NCBI GenBank assembly: GCA_043811535.1
Contig: JBDRNC010000017.1
Coordinates: 32,001 to 96,000, forward strand
Reading direction: 5' to 3'
Source: Elusimicrobiota bacterium
GTDB taxonomy: Bacteria; Elusimicrobiota; Endomicrobiia; Endomicrobiales; JBDRNC01
DNA: 64,000 nucleotides
This document shows positions 46,943 through 58,748 of the stretch, one piece after another. How positions within the stretch are numbered: position 1 is the stretch's first letter; each line of letters starts with the position of its first letter. The notes below the pieces were generated by a model. The model saw nothing but the letters and a program-made list of their open reading frames with translations, was not told where the DNA came from and did no database searches. The translations under genes were made by a program, and so were the position numbers.

Positions 46943-46945
46943 GTC

Positions 46946-48805
46946 TCATTGGTACATTTCCTGCCATATCATGAAAGAAGCCAGACAGGTCAGTTTTCTC
47001 GTGTTGTCTTTTCTTCCGGAAGTATGCTCGCTAAATATCCGGCGCACGTAATTAAAATCCAGCAGTCCGGCGTTTCTCTTTTCAGAATTTTGTATCAGGG
47101 AACCCACGAAATCCTTCAATTCTTTCTTGAGCCAGAAAGAGGTCGGCATCGCGAAACCTTTTTTGGGCATCCGCGTTATCTCTTTCGGCAGGAATTCTTT
47201 CAATGCTTTCCGCAGGATGTATTTTGTGGTAACGCCGCGCATTTTCATCGAAACCGGTATCCTGGCGGACAGTTCCAGCATTTCGTTGTCCAGAAACGGC
47301 ACCCTGCATTCCTGAGCATTCATCATAGTGGCCATGTCCGTAACGTGCAGGGCGCAGTCAGGAAGAAATACCTTGAAATCAAAATACAAAAGCCGGTCCA
47401 GCAGCCGCATATCAGACGTGGCGCCGGTATACTGCCCGTAAACCGAAAACGGGTCAATTTCCGATACATTATACAAAAGATTTTTCCTTTCTTCACTACT
47501 GAATATCTCTTTATATCGCATGTGCGCTTTTTCGGGTTCCATCTCCGCGCCGGCCACGAATGATTTCGCCTTGAAATCAAAGCTTAATCTGTCATACGAG
47601 GAAGGCAGTTTGTTCACCGTTTTTTTAATAATTTCCTTCATAATCCCCGGCAGTTTCCTGTAATATCCGGCAAGCTTGGCCGCGGTAAGCGTCGGGTAGC
47701 CAGCGAAGAGTTCGTCTCCCCCCGCGCCGGAAAGGGCCACGGTGATATCCTTTTTTGACTCCCTGGACAGGTAATAGAAACCGGCCTGCGTCCAGTCCCC
47801 GTGCGGTTCGGCGAGGTGTTTAGTGATATCCGTGATAAATCCGGGCACCTGGCCGGGCTTCAGCACGCATTCATTGTGTTCCGCGCCGTATTTCTCCGCG
47901 ACGAGCCGCGCTTCCTTGAGCTCGTTGAAGCTCTTCCCGTTCTCGTATCCGATGGTATAAGTCTTGATTTTCGGCACAAGGCCGTGCATCATCGCGAGGA
48001 TTGAAGTCGAATCCATTCCGCTTGAAAGAAAGACGCCGAGCGGCACTTCGCTCTGAAGGTGGCTTTTAACGGCCCGGGCGAGGGTTTCCTTGATGCTTTC
48101 AACGGCTTCCTGCTCGGTTTTTATTTCAGGGAAGAATTTCAGATCCCAGTATTGTTTTATTTCGACATTGCTCCGGCCGACTTCGATGAAATGGCCGGGG
48201 GGCAGCCTGCGGATGTTTTTGTATATTGTCTGGGGAGAGGAGATATAGTAGAAAGAGAAATAATTCACGAGGGCTTCCCTGTCAACTTCATTTGAAACGC
48301 CGGCCGACAGGAGAGCCCTGATTTCCGAAGAAAACATGAGAGAGCCGGCGGAAAGAGAATAAAAGAGCGGTTTTATCCCCGCCCGGTCCCTGGCGACGAA
48401 CATTTTATCGTTCTTTTTGTCCCATATGGCGAAAGCGAACATGCCGTTGAGCATCGCGAGGCATTTTTCGCCGTATTCCTCGTACAGATGCAGGATGGAT
48501 TCCGTGTCGCTGCTGGTCTTGAAAGAGTGGCCTTTCCTGATAAGCGTCTCGCGGAGTTCCCTGTAGTTGTATATCTCGCCGCTGTGAATTATTGAGATAT
48601 CACCGGTCTCGTTGGTTATCGGCTGATGTCCGGTTTTAATATCTATGATGCTCAGGCGCCTCATACCGAGCCCGGCGTGACCGTCTATCAGGATCCCGTC
48701 GTCGTCAGGGCCGCGGTGAACCATCTGAGACAGGGCTTTTTTTATGATGTCCGCGGACACCGGCGATTTATCAGCGAAGTTTATTCTTCCGAATATTCCG
48801 CACAT
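46946..48805 (-). CDS. asnB: AsnB-like amidotransferase
   Basis: MCGI, HRGPDD, RRLSIID, GEIYN, RVPFLD. Confidence 0.9.
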   Translation of the reverse strand: MCGIFGRINFADKSPVSADIIKKALSQMVHRGPDDDGILIDGHAGLGMRRLSIIDIKTGHQPITNETGDISIIHSGEIYNYRELRETLIRKGHSFKTSSDTESILHLYEEYGEKCLAMLNGMFAFAIWDKKNDKMFVARDRAGIKPLFYSLSAGSLMFSSEIRALLSAGVSNEVDREALVNYFSFYYISSPQTIYKNIRRLPPGHFIEVGRSNVEIKQYWDLKFFPEIKTEQEAVESIKETLARAVKSHLQSEVPLGVFLSSGMDSTSILAMMHGLVPKIKTYTIGYENGKSFNELKEARLVAEKYGAEHNECVLKPGQVPGFITDITKHLAEPHGDWTQAGFYYLSRESKKDITVALSGAGGDELFAGYPTLTAAKLAGYYRKLPGIMKEIIKKTVNKLPSSYDRLSFDFKAKSFVAGAEMEPEKAHMRYKEIFSSEERKNLLYNVSEIDPFSVYGQYTGATSDMRLLDRLLYFDFKVFLPDCALHVTDMATMMNAQECRVPFLDNEMLELSARIPVSMKMRGVTTKYILRKALKEFLPKEITRMPKKGFAMPTSFWLKKELKDFVGSLIQNSEKRNAGLLDFNYVRRIFSEHTSGRKDNTRKLTCLASFMIWQEMYQ

Positions 48806-48808
48806 ATG

Positions 48809-50464
48809 CTATTTACCGGCCTTTTTGTATATTCTGATCTCCGGGAAGACCATCCTGAGCTCGTGAGGATAAAAACCATTGACCGGCTTTATCCCGAAAA
48901 GCTCGGGTTTGTTCTCGAATGATTTCAGGAAAGTGTATTTCCCTTCATTCATGACTCCCAGCAGGAACGGGTACGTTTCGGGATGAGGATAGAGATATTT
49001 TATCTTCAGCAGGGGGTGGTATTCGAAGTCGGTGAGTATAATGTAATCCGGGTCCAGCTTGTCAAGTTCCGCAGGATCCGCCGGCACCTGAATCATTTTG
49101 TATCTTTTCAATCCTTTGTAGAACGGCTCGCTGTCTTTGTACCAGAATTCCGTCATCACGATAGACGGATTCCAGAAACAGACGCACGGCGAGCCGATTG
49201 TCGATCCCTCCGGTATGTTCTGCTCTATCCACTCGGATGAAACGTCCCTGACGTCCTTTACAGCCATTGTTTTTACGTAAGCCGTCGTGTAGAACAGCGT
49301 AAGTATCAGGACAAAAGCGCTCAGTACTGCTATTCCCCTGCTTATCAGTTTGTTTCCGTTATCGGCGGCCGATATTATAAACCTTGCGGCGAGTATGCAC
49401 AGGAACGGGACATAAGGCAGCTGCCACCTCAAAACCTGCCATGAAGAGGTCAATGAGATAAAAACATAGAAAACGGCTATCCAGAAAAGAATAAGTATAT
49501 CCGCTTTTTCCCTCTTGAATGCCGAGAAGATGATTCCCGCGGCGAACAGCAGGCACAACGGAATGCCGAAACTGTATCTGGGGGCCGTAAGAACGTAGAA
49601 AATAAGGTTTGGCTGGGAGCCGAAGGTATCTATAATCTGTGCTTTTGGGTCCATATTGATGCCGATCTCTGCGGCCCACTTAAGCGTCTTTATGAACTGT
49701 CCTGGTTCGATAAATGCGTACGGATTCCCGGCAAAAAAACCCGCAAAGCAGGCCAAGCCGTATAAAGCCGGATCTTTTGAGAAAATCTTCCTGCCGGAAA
49801 GTATATGCGAGAGAAGCGGAACAAGGAAGACCGGGGCCGCGGTATGTTTTGTCGCTCCGATGAATCCGACCAGCGCGCCCGCTGCCAGATAGAACTTCAG
49901 CCTCCCGTCATTAATTATGCCGTGGCATACCATGAACAGGACGCATACTTCAAAAGCGAGCAGCGCGTCCGTCGAGATGTAATGCGACCATATCGCGTGC
50001 AGCGGCGTGACGGCGAGTATCAATGCGGACAGCAGCGCGGTCCTGACGTCCTTAAAGAAGAGATTCGCGAGCAGATAGGCCATGAATACCGTAAGAATAC
50101 CGAAAAACACGGACATCGCTCTCCCGGTCAAATACAATTTGACGAGTTGCTTAGGATTCGCCTTGAAATAGTCGAAAGAGGGCGATACTTTGGCCGCGCC
50201 GAATAGCGACGCCGCTTTGACCCACGCCGCCGTCAGGTAAACTTGGGCCGAACCCCTTGTCGCGAGGTAATGCTTGATCCTGAAATCAAGCTTTGCCGGC
50301 GCGAATCCTTTCATGGCATTGAACGTATCTGCCTCGTCCGGCTGGAACGAGGCCGCGTGGAAATATTTTGACGTCTGAAGTCCCCATTGGATACCGGTGA
50401 TTCTCAAAGAGAGCCCGAGAAGCAGTATCAGAGGCAACAGTATTTTGGCGGAATTGAGTTTCAT
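48809..50464 (-). CDS. GT-C (ArnT/PMT-like) glycosyltransferase
   Basis: WGL...QPDE, GRAMS, ATKH; many TM segments. Confidence 0.78.
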   Translation of the reverse strand: MKLNSAKILLPLILLLGLSLRITGIQWGLQTSKYFHAASFQPDEADTFNAMKGFAPAKLDFRIKHYLATRGSAQVYLTAAWVKAASLFGAAKVSPSFDYFKANPKQLVKLYLTGRAMSVFFGILTVFMAYLLANLFFKDVRTALLSALILAVTPLHAIWSHYISTDALLAFEVCVLFMVCHGIINDGRLKFYLAAGALVGFIGATKHTAAPVFLVPLLSHILSGRKIFSKDPALYGLACFAGFFAGNPYAFIEPGQFIKTLKWAAEIGINMDPKAQIIDTFGSQPNLIFYVLTAPRYSFGIPLCLLFAAGIIFSAFKREKADILILFWIAVFYVFISLTSSWQVLRWQLPYVPFLCILAARFIISAADNGNKLISRGIAVLSAFVLILTLFYTTAYVKTMAVKDVRDVSSEWIEQNIPEGSTIGSPCVCFWNPSIVMTEFWYKDSEPFYKGLKRYKMIQVPADPAELDKLDPDYIILTDFEYHPLLKIKYLYPHPETYPFLLGVMNEGKYTFLKSFENKPELFGIKPVNGFYPHELRMVFPEIRIYKKAGK

Positions 50465-50468
50465 ATAG

Positions 50469-51098
50469 TTATTTTTTAACGCACTTGCAAGCGAAATACA
50501 GCGGGACTATCATGGACAACTTCTTGATTTCAGCTACTTTGAAATATTCAGACGCCTTGCCGAGAATCTTGCCGTGGGACGAAGGATGTATCTTATCGGG
50601 ATTATAGCCGGATAAACGGAAGAATTGGTCCAGCATCGCGTTCTTTGCGGGAAAACTGAAATATGCTTTTCCGCCGGGTTTCATTATTCTCCTTACCTCC
50701 GACATCGCGGAATCGAGGTCCTTGATGTGTTCAAGAACGCTGATGCATACGATGCATTCGAATTTATCGTTGTCATAAGGCAGTTTATGGATGCTGCCCG
50801 CGGAAAAAAGAACGCTGATATTTCTTTTTTTCAAAGCATCCATGATAAGGTTTGAACTGTCTTTCACTTCCGCAGCGTGAAGCTCTTTTGTCCTTTTGGC
50901 GAGTTCCGGGAATAGTATTCCGGTTCCGTATCCTATTTCGAGCATATTGCCGTATTTCTCGTCCCCCATAAGTTCGAAAACAAGCTCAAATCTCCTTAAA
51001 TAGAAGTATTTGATTACGGGCAGGTAAAAATAATGTATCGGCACTTCCGAATCCGATATCTTTTCTATGACGCTTCTGTCCAAAAGATCCATTTTCAT
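50469..51098 (-). CDS. Class I SAM-dependent methyltransferase
   Basis: LEIGYGTG, LPY, SVLEHI, MKPGG. Confidence 0.9.
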   Translation of the reverse strand: MKMDLLDRSVIEKISDSEVPIHYFYLPVIKYFYLRRFELVFELMGDEKYGNMLEIGYGTGILFPELAKRTKELHAAEVKDSSNLIMDALKKRNISVLFSAGSIHKLPYDNDKFECIVCISVLEHIKDLDSAMSEVRRIMKPGGKAYFSFPAKNAMLDQFFRLSGYNPDKIHPSSHGKILGKASEYFKVAEIKKLSMIVPLYFACKCVKK

Positions 51099-51110
51099 TT
51101 TTTTCCCGTG

Positions 51111-52535
51111 TTAATTGAGCTTGAATTTAACGAAAGCAAGCATGGACATCCGAAGCAGCAGCAGCCCGTGCCTGAATCTTGATATCTTCGTGGATCCGTA
51201 TGTCCTTTCGAGGTACCTAACGGGCAATTCGACGATTTTCAGGTTCTGCTTGGCGGCACCGAAAAGCAGGTCAAAATCTCCGAATGGATCAAAATCCCCG
51301 AAGAAATATCTTCCTTCTTTGATCTTTATGTAATCTGTTTTGCGCAAGACCTTGGTTCCGCATAATGTATCCTTGATTCTTTGTTCAAGTATCCATGTGA
51401 ATATAACGCTGAACGTCTTGTTCCCCAAAATGTTCAAAGGGCGCATCGCTTCCTTCTGCATCGGATAAACAAGCCGCGTTCCGTTTATGAATTCGCCTTT
51501 TCCTTCCGCTATCGCCTGATAGAATTTCGTCAGGTCTTCGGGAGGAACTGTCAGATCGGCGTCCAGTATCATCAGTATATCCCCTGCGGCGGCGTCAAAG
51601 CCTTTCCTGACAGCGTCTCCCTTGCCGACGCCGTTGCCCTGAAGGACGCATTTGATGTCCCTTGACGGGTATTTCTTTATCGCTTCCCGTATTTTTTCTG
51701 TTGTTCCGTCATTTGAATTACCGGCAATGAATATTATCTCAGTTCCCTTTCCGAGCTCGGGCATCCTCTCGATGGCGCTGAAGATGTTGCCCGCCTCGTT
51801 CTTCGCGGGGATTACTACAGAGCAGGTATATTTCCCGGCGGCAGGCGCGGCAGGGGTTTCCCTGGCAATTATGAACTGTACCAGACAGAGTTTCTTAATG
51901 AAAGGCAGTTTGGCGATGTATTTATTTATCAAGCCGGAGATAACGGGAATGTAGGCCGGAAAAAGGAACCGCCTGCCCTTTTTTATTACTTCATAGTTGT
52001 TAAGGTAAAGAATGTTTTCAATATCTGCCAGTGAAAGCCAGTTCTGATGAGGCTGTTTCGCTTTGAGCCCCAGCTTTTCAAGCATGAGAATCGCGGGTTC
52101 CCAGAGCTGGCTGTAATAGTTGATTATTACCCTTGTTTCAGGGGTCGTAATGTTGCGCAGGTTTCTGAAAGCGACCCATATGTCCGAAAGGTGCCCTATA
52201 AGGTCCTGCATGATGACGAAATCGTATTTTTCACTTAGTTTCAGTTCTTCGATATCGTCGACATAAAATTTCAGCTTAGGATATTTCTTCTGCGAGATTT
52301 TTACCATTTCAGGGCTGAAATCTATCCCCGCCCCGTTTGACGGCTCCAATTTGTTCAGCAGTTCGCCGGTGCCGCAGCCTATTTCGATGACGGAGGCGCC
52401 TTTAGGCACGTTGAAGGAATAGAATTCTTCAAGTTCTTTCTGGTAGTAGCGGTTTCTTTTTCGCCAGCGGTCCCGGCTAGCGGCCATTCCGTCAAAATAG
52501 GATATCAGTTCCTTCTTCGTTAAAAAGATATTCAT
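51111..52535 (-). CDS. Methyltransferase-fold + GT2 fusion protein
   Basis: N-terminal IEIGCGTG; C-terminal VIPAKNE, ILDADL, DTLCGTK. Confidence 0.88.
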   Translation of the reverse strand: MNIFLTKKELISYFDGMAASRDRWRKRNRYYQKELEEFYSFNVPKGASVIEIGCGTGELLNKLEPSNGAGIDFSPEMVKISQKKYPKLKFYVDDIEELKLSEKYDFVIMQDLIGHLSDIWVAFRNLRNITTPETRVIINYYSQLWEPAILMLEKLGLKAKQPHQNWLSLADIENILYLNNYEVIKKGRRFLFPAYIPVISGLINKYIAKLPFIKKLCLVQFIIARETPAAPAAGKYTCSVVIPAKNEAGNIFSAIERMPELGKGTEIIFIAGNSNDGTTEKIREAIKKYPSRDIKCVLQGNGVGKGDAVRKGFDAAAGDILMILDADLTVPPEDLTKFYQAIAEGKGEFINGTRLVYPMQKEAMRPLNILGNKTFSVIFTWILEQRIKDTLCGTKVLRKTDYIKIKEGRYFFGDFDPFGDFDLLFGAAKQNLKIVELPVRYLERTYGSTKISRFRHGLLLLRMSMLAFVKFKLN

Positions 52536-53512
52536 TGCACCGTCCCGTGCGCTTTCGCGTTTCTAAGCGTGTCTTTATTGGTTGATATTACGTCAATGAT
52601 GCTGTTTTTTATGCTTTTCAGTTCAATGCCTTTCAGCAGTTCATCGCTGAATCTGTCATCCCGCGCCCAAAAATAGTTAAAAAATAGTATCGCGATTCTT
52701 GCGGGCAATAACGCGTGGATCCTGCCCATCAAGCCGCCGATCCGCGGCAAAGCTATCTGCCATAACCGTCTATTATGGACCTTCGCGTAGATAACCTTGA
52801 AGATATCGCCTACCGTTGAGGTTTCTGTCTCTCCAAAATATATCCTTCCCGCAGGCGCGTCGCCGTAGATGCAATTCAACAGCGCGGATGCCAGGTCATC
52901 GACATGTATGAGCGAAACCTTTCCGGAGAAATTGAAATGCACAAATGGGCTTCTGCGGCATACCATTGAAACAAATGCGTTTACATGCGATTCTGCGCGC
53001 ATGTATTTCCCGTAAACGAATGCCGGCCGTATAATCGCGTAGGGAAGACCGCTTTCAATCACATGTTTTTCCGCTGTCAATTTTGCCCGCCCGTAATCGG
53101 TGGTCGGGAAAGGCCTGCTGTCAGCTGAAAGCGGAAGCACGCAGTTGTCATTGCCTGTACGGCCGACTGCCGCGATCGAACTGATATAGATAAGTTTCTT
53201 AAGTGATTTCCCCTTTTTCAATATATTGACAATCTCCAGCGTCGGGACAGTTATGGACTTGCTGTAATCCGTTCCTCCTTCCATGCGGGATTCGGCCGCG
53301 ATATGGAAGAAATAATCAGATGAAAGGATTTCATTTTCATATTTACCCAGGGTTTCAAGGGAACCGGCCAGCTGGATAACTCTTTGGTCCGAAAGCTTAA
53401 GAATAGAACGCACAAGGATGTAAACCTTGTCTTCGGGCCGGATACGCCGCAACAACCTATTGAGAAATACGTTTCCGATGAACCCGCTTGCCCCGGTTAT
53501 GAATATATTCAT
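52532..53512 (-). CDS. NAD-dependent epimerase/dehydratase
   Basis: TGASGFIG, YISS, YGRAK, IHVDD. Confidence 0.88.
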   Translation of the reverse strand: MNIFITGASGFIGNVFLNRLLRRIRPEDKVYILVRSILKLSDQRVIQLAGSLETLGKYENEILSSDYFFHIAAESRMEGGTDYSKSITVPTLEIVNILKKGKSLKKLIYISSIAAVGRTGNDNCVLPLSADSRPFPTTDYGRAKLTAEKHVIESGLPYAIIRPAFVYGKYMRAESHVNAFVSMVCRRSPFVHFNFSGKVSLIHVDDLASALLNCIYGDAPAGRIYFGETETSTVGDIFKVIYAKVHNRRLWQIALPRIGGLMGRIHALLPARIAILFFNYFWARDDRFSDELLKGIELKSIKNSIIDVISTNKDTLRNAKAHGTVQ

Positions 53513-54921
53513 GTTACTGATGCGTTTTTTGCCTGCGTTTTCTTGAAAAATAATTTCTTCACCAGATACAACGAGAATAATATTTTTTTGAAAGACCGGA
53601 TGCCCATTAGTTGTCGCAGGATGAACAAAGGATTGAGGTAAATGCTTCTGATGGATTTGTTGTACAGGGCTATGATGTCGTCGCTGGATACGAGTGAATG
53701 CTGAAAATTTATTTTTTTCATCGCTTCATCGCTGGATTCGGTGATGATATTGCCCTGCAGTTTATCGGCAATATCGGTGAATCGTTCCGCCCATAATATA
53801 TTAATTGAGATATAATCAAAATGCAGTTTTTTCACAAACTCCACGGATCTGACCATGTCATCCAGCGATTCTTCGGGCAATCCTAAAATAATAAAGACAG
53901 ATTTATGTATTCCGTGTTTTCTGCACAGGCCGACCACTTCGCGGACTTTTTCGTCAGGAAACTTTTTGCCGTACAGTTTTCTTACTTCGTAATTGCCGCT
54001 TTCCAGCCCGAATTCAATGCACCTGCATCCCGCCTTTGCCATCGCTTCGATAGTCTCGGCGGACATAAGGTCGAAGCGGGAAGAGCAGAACCACCTCAAT
54101 TTGATGTTCTTTTCAACCATCAGCTGGCAGAAACGCAGCAGCTGGTTCTTGTGGTACGCAAACGAGAAATCGTGGAAATAAACTTCGCTTATTCCGCACT
54201 TAACGATGTGTTCCATCTCGGCGATAAGATTTTCAGGCGTTCTCCGGGCAACAATAGGATAAAGCTGAGGGGCCCAGCAGAACGCGCAGCCCATCTTGCA
54301 TCCGAAGGTGGACATAGCGGTAGTCAATAATCCCCCCACGCTGTCATAGTGAAAGTAGGAGTTGGACTTGAAAACTTCATGGCGCGGCAGCGGAATTTCG
54401 AATTCCGGCGGCATGTCCTTGATCCTGCCTTTCAAGGCGCCGTTCTCTATGTAAAACACGTTGAATAGGCCGTCGCTCCGGTCCCCGCTGATAAAAGCCG
54501 CGGAGCTGTTATACGCGTAATCGTACACAAGGGCTTTAATAAAGGGATTTTCTTTCAATATCTTCTCGGAATGCTGGTTGTCTAACCGGTCCTTGTGGTT
54601 TGCCAGCAGTATGATATCGGTTGCCGCGGAGCGGGATTTGATATCGCGCAGAAGGGCCAGGTCCTTGTCTTCAAAAAACGGGCTGTAAGTGGATACGATA
54701 ACATCGTATTTTTTCCCGCTTAAAAAAGCTTCCATTGAGTCATTTTTGTCAATTTGAAAATCCTTGTGCTCAATGGAGAATCCCGCGTCGTGGAGATAGC
54801 CGCTCAAATAAATCAGATCCACCAGCGGCCAGAGATAGTTAGGGTCCCCGATCTTGGCCCTGTGCAGTATCCTGTAGCAGGGAATCTCAGAAGGCGGGTT
54901 AAGCAGTAATATCTTCTTCAT
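53509..54921 (-). CDS. B12-binding-type radical SAM protein
   Basis: ILLLNPP, GCKMGCAFC, FGLESG, FIILGLP; start reassigned to ATG 54921. Confidence 0.85.
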   Translation of the reverse strand: MKKILLLNPPSEIPCYRILHRAKIGDPNYLWPLVDLIYLSGYLHDAGFSIEHKDFQIDKNDSMEAFLSGKKYDVIVSTYSPFFEDKDLALLRDIKSRSAATDIILLANHKDRLDNQHSEKILKENPFIKALVYDYAYNSSAAFISGDRSDGLFNVFYIENGALKGRIKDMPPEFEIPLPRHEVFKSNSYFHYDSVGGLLTTAMSTFGCKMGCAFCWAPQLYPIVARRTPENLIAEMEHIVKCGISEVYFHDFSFAYHKNQLLRFCQLMVEKNIKLRWFCSSRFDLMSAETIEAMAKAGCRCIEFGLESGNYEVRKLYGKKFPDEKVREVVGLCRKHGIHKSVFIILGLPEESLDDMVRSVEFVKKLHFDYISINILWAERFTDIADKLQGNIITESSDEAMKKINFQHSLVSSDDIIALYNKSIRSIYLNPLFILRQLMGIRSFKKILFSLYLVKKLFFKKTQAKNASVT

Positions 54922-54926
54922 TGTTT

Positions 54927-56992
<2,066 letters not shown>

Positions 56993-56996
56993 CGTT

Positions 56997-58748
56997 TCAA
57001 CTCCTTTTAAATATTCGTATTCCCGGATTGATGTGCGACATCCCGATATCGTGGCTATATCCCATTATTCCCGCCCCGCGGCTGAAAGTCCTCAAAAGCG
57101 CGTATTTATTGGCTTCAAGAAATGCGTTTGTTTCGGCATCCGATTTGCCTGTTTGGATGATATATTCGGGGCCGTTTGAGAACGTGTCCCGGTTAAGAAT
57201 AACCGTCAGCCTGTAATTTATGAAATTAAACGGCGGAACATGCGACGGCTCGGGAAAATAAAAAACGCCGATGCTTGAGCCATAAGGAAGATTTTCGTTT
57301 ATCCACTTGCCGGCCGTGACACGTGAAGAATCCCGGTACGTGTCGTTAATCAAATTCCGCACGCACACTGCGGAGGCCGCGGATAATTGAAATGTTACCG
57401 CTGCCAATAAAACGAGAGAAACGGCGAATACACGGTTTTTTGAAAGCAAACGCTCGAACATAACGGCGGAAGGAATGCAAAGAATGGCGAGCCAAGGCAG
57501 GAGAACCCTCGTGTTGTGTATCGAAATATTGTGACTCCGCCAGATCCATGCCGAAAGCAGCAGCGGAATTACTCCGGATATCAGTATGATCCTCTCCTTT
57601 TTGCCCGGCTTCGCGGAAAAGAGGGCTATGCCTCCCAGGAAAGAAAGAATAATGCCTGCCGGTGCGCCCGATGGAATCTGCCTGAAGATGTAATAAATAA
57701 AATCAGAGAATTTTCCGGAGCCGGAACCTTTGACCGCCGTAAAAGAAACGACCTCCGACAACAGCCCCTTGTAGTCCAGTATCCAATAAGGATTTGTCAG
57801 CGCGAAAACAGATAAGGCTGAAACTGTGAATAGAGCGATATTTTTCACTTTGAATCTGCCGCCCGCGGCGAATACTGTCAGAGGAGCGGCTGCGATCAGT
57901 CCGTAGAACGGCATAGAGGCGACCGTCAGCCCAAGACATGCGCCCGAGAGGACGTAGTATTTCATTGATTCGCCGGATTCAGAAAGCAGGATCGAAAAAT
58001 ACAGGCAGGATAGAGCGAAAAAAGTTCCCATGCAGTAAGGCTTCATTATGTGCTGCTGGATGACCACGGCCGGCAGCAGCGTGAAGAACAGTGCGGCTAT
58101 CAGTCCGGCCGTTTCCGTGAAAAATCTTTTGCAGATGATAAAGAGCATTAGAATGGAAAGCGATGTGAATATTGAATTCATTATTCTGCCGGCCGTAAAG
58201 AATTTGCCCATTTCCACGGGGTTTTGAAAATAAAAGGAAAGATCGGTAGTTAATTTCAGGATTCCGGCAAGTTTCAGGCAGGCGAACCAGGCGCCGACAG
58301 AATATATATACGCGCCACCGTATTGGAAGATTCTCGGGTTGAAATCAAGTTTTTCAGGGCGCATGCCTCCGAGGGATGCTATTGTCATCTGTTCGTCGGT
58401 GTGGCAGGATCTCAACAGGTACGGCCTGATAAAATTAGAAAGCGCCGTCCTGTTTCGGTAGAATACCGGATTCTCTCTGGTTTTGACGCCCATGGTTTTC
58501 ATTATAGGGGTTAAGTCTGCCGGGCCGGAGGCGTCTTTCTTAACGCGTCCCAACGGGCTGTTGCCGCTGTTTTCGTATATGTCGTTCCTGGCGGAGACCA
58601 TGAAGTTATAGAAAGCGGCGTTATCCAGTTCTTTCGGCATAACGAGATCTTTACGGGTCTCCCCGGGAATTCCCCAGTCGGATCCGGCCAGATTGATGAA
58701 TATTGAAACAAGAATAATGAAGCTCAGCGCGAAGTATCTCAGGTTCAC
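56997..58748 (-). CDS. GT-C (ArnT/PMT-like) glycosyltransferase
   Basis: WGIP, HTDE, DFNPRIFQYG, GRIMN, TNPY; many TM segments. Confidence 0.75.
   Translation of the reverse strand: MNLRYFALSFIILVSIFINLAGSDWGIPGETRKDLVMPKELDNAAFYNFMVSARNDIYENSGNSPLGRVKKDASGPADLTPIMKTMGVKTRENPVFYRNRTALSNFIRPYLLRSCHTDEQMTIASLGGMRPEKLDFNPRIFQYGGAYIYSVGAWFACLKLAGILKLTTDLSFYFQNPVEMGKFFTAGRIMNSIFTSLSILMLFIICKRFFTETAGLIAALFFTLLPAVVIQQHIMKPYCMGTFFALSCLYFSILLSESGESMKYYVLSGACLGLTVASMPFYGLIAAAPLTVFAAGGRFKVKNIALFTVSALSVFALTNPYWILDYKGLLSEVVSFTAVKGSGSGKFSDFIYYIFRQIPSGAPAGIILSFLGGIALFSAKPGKKERIILISGVIPLLLSAWIWRSHNISIHNTRVLLPWLAILCIPSAVMFERLLSKNRVFAVSLVLLAAVTFQLSAASAVCVRNLINDTYRDSSRVTAGKWINENLPYGSSIGVFYFPEPSHVPPFNFINYRLTVILNRDTFSNGPEYIIQTGKSDAETNAFLEANKYALLRTFSRGAGIMGYSHDIGMSHINPGIRIFKRS

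Noticed and set aside
427..46945. Arrays as CRISPR
   Set aside because: Units are 7 nt and tandem, with no unique spacers and no cas genes
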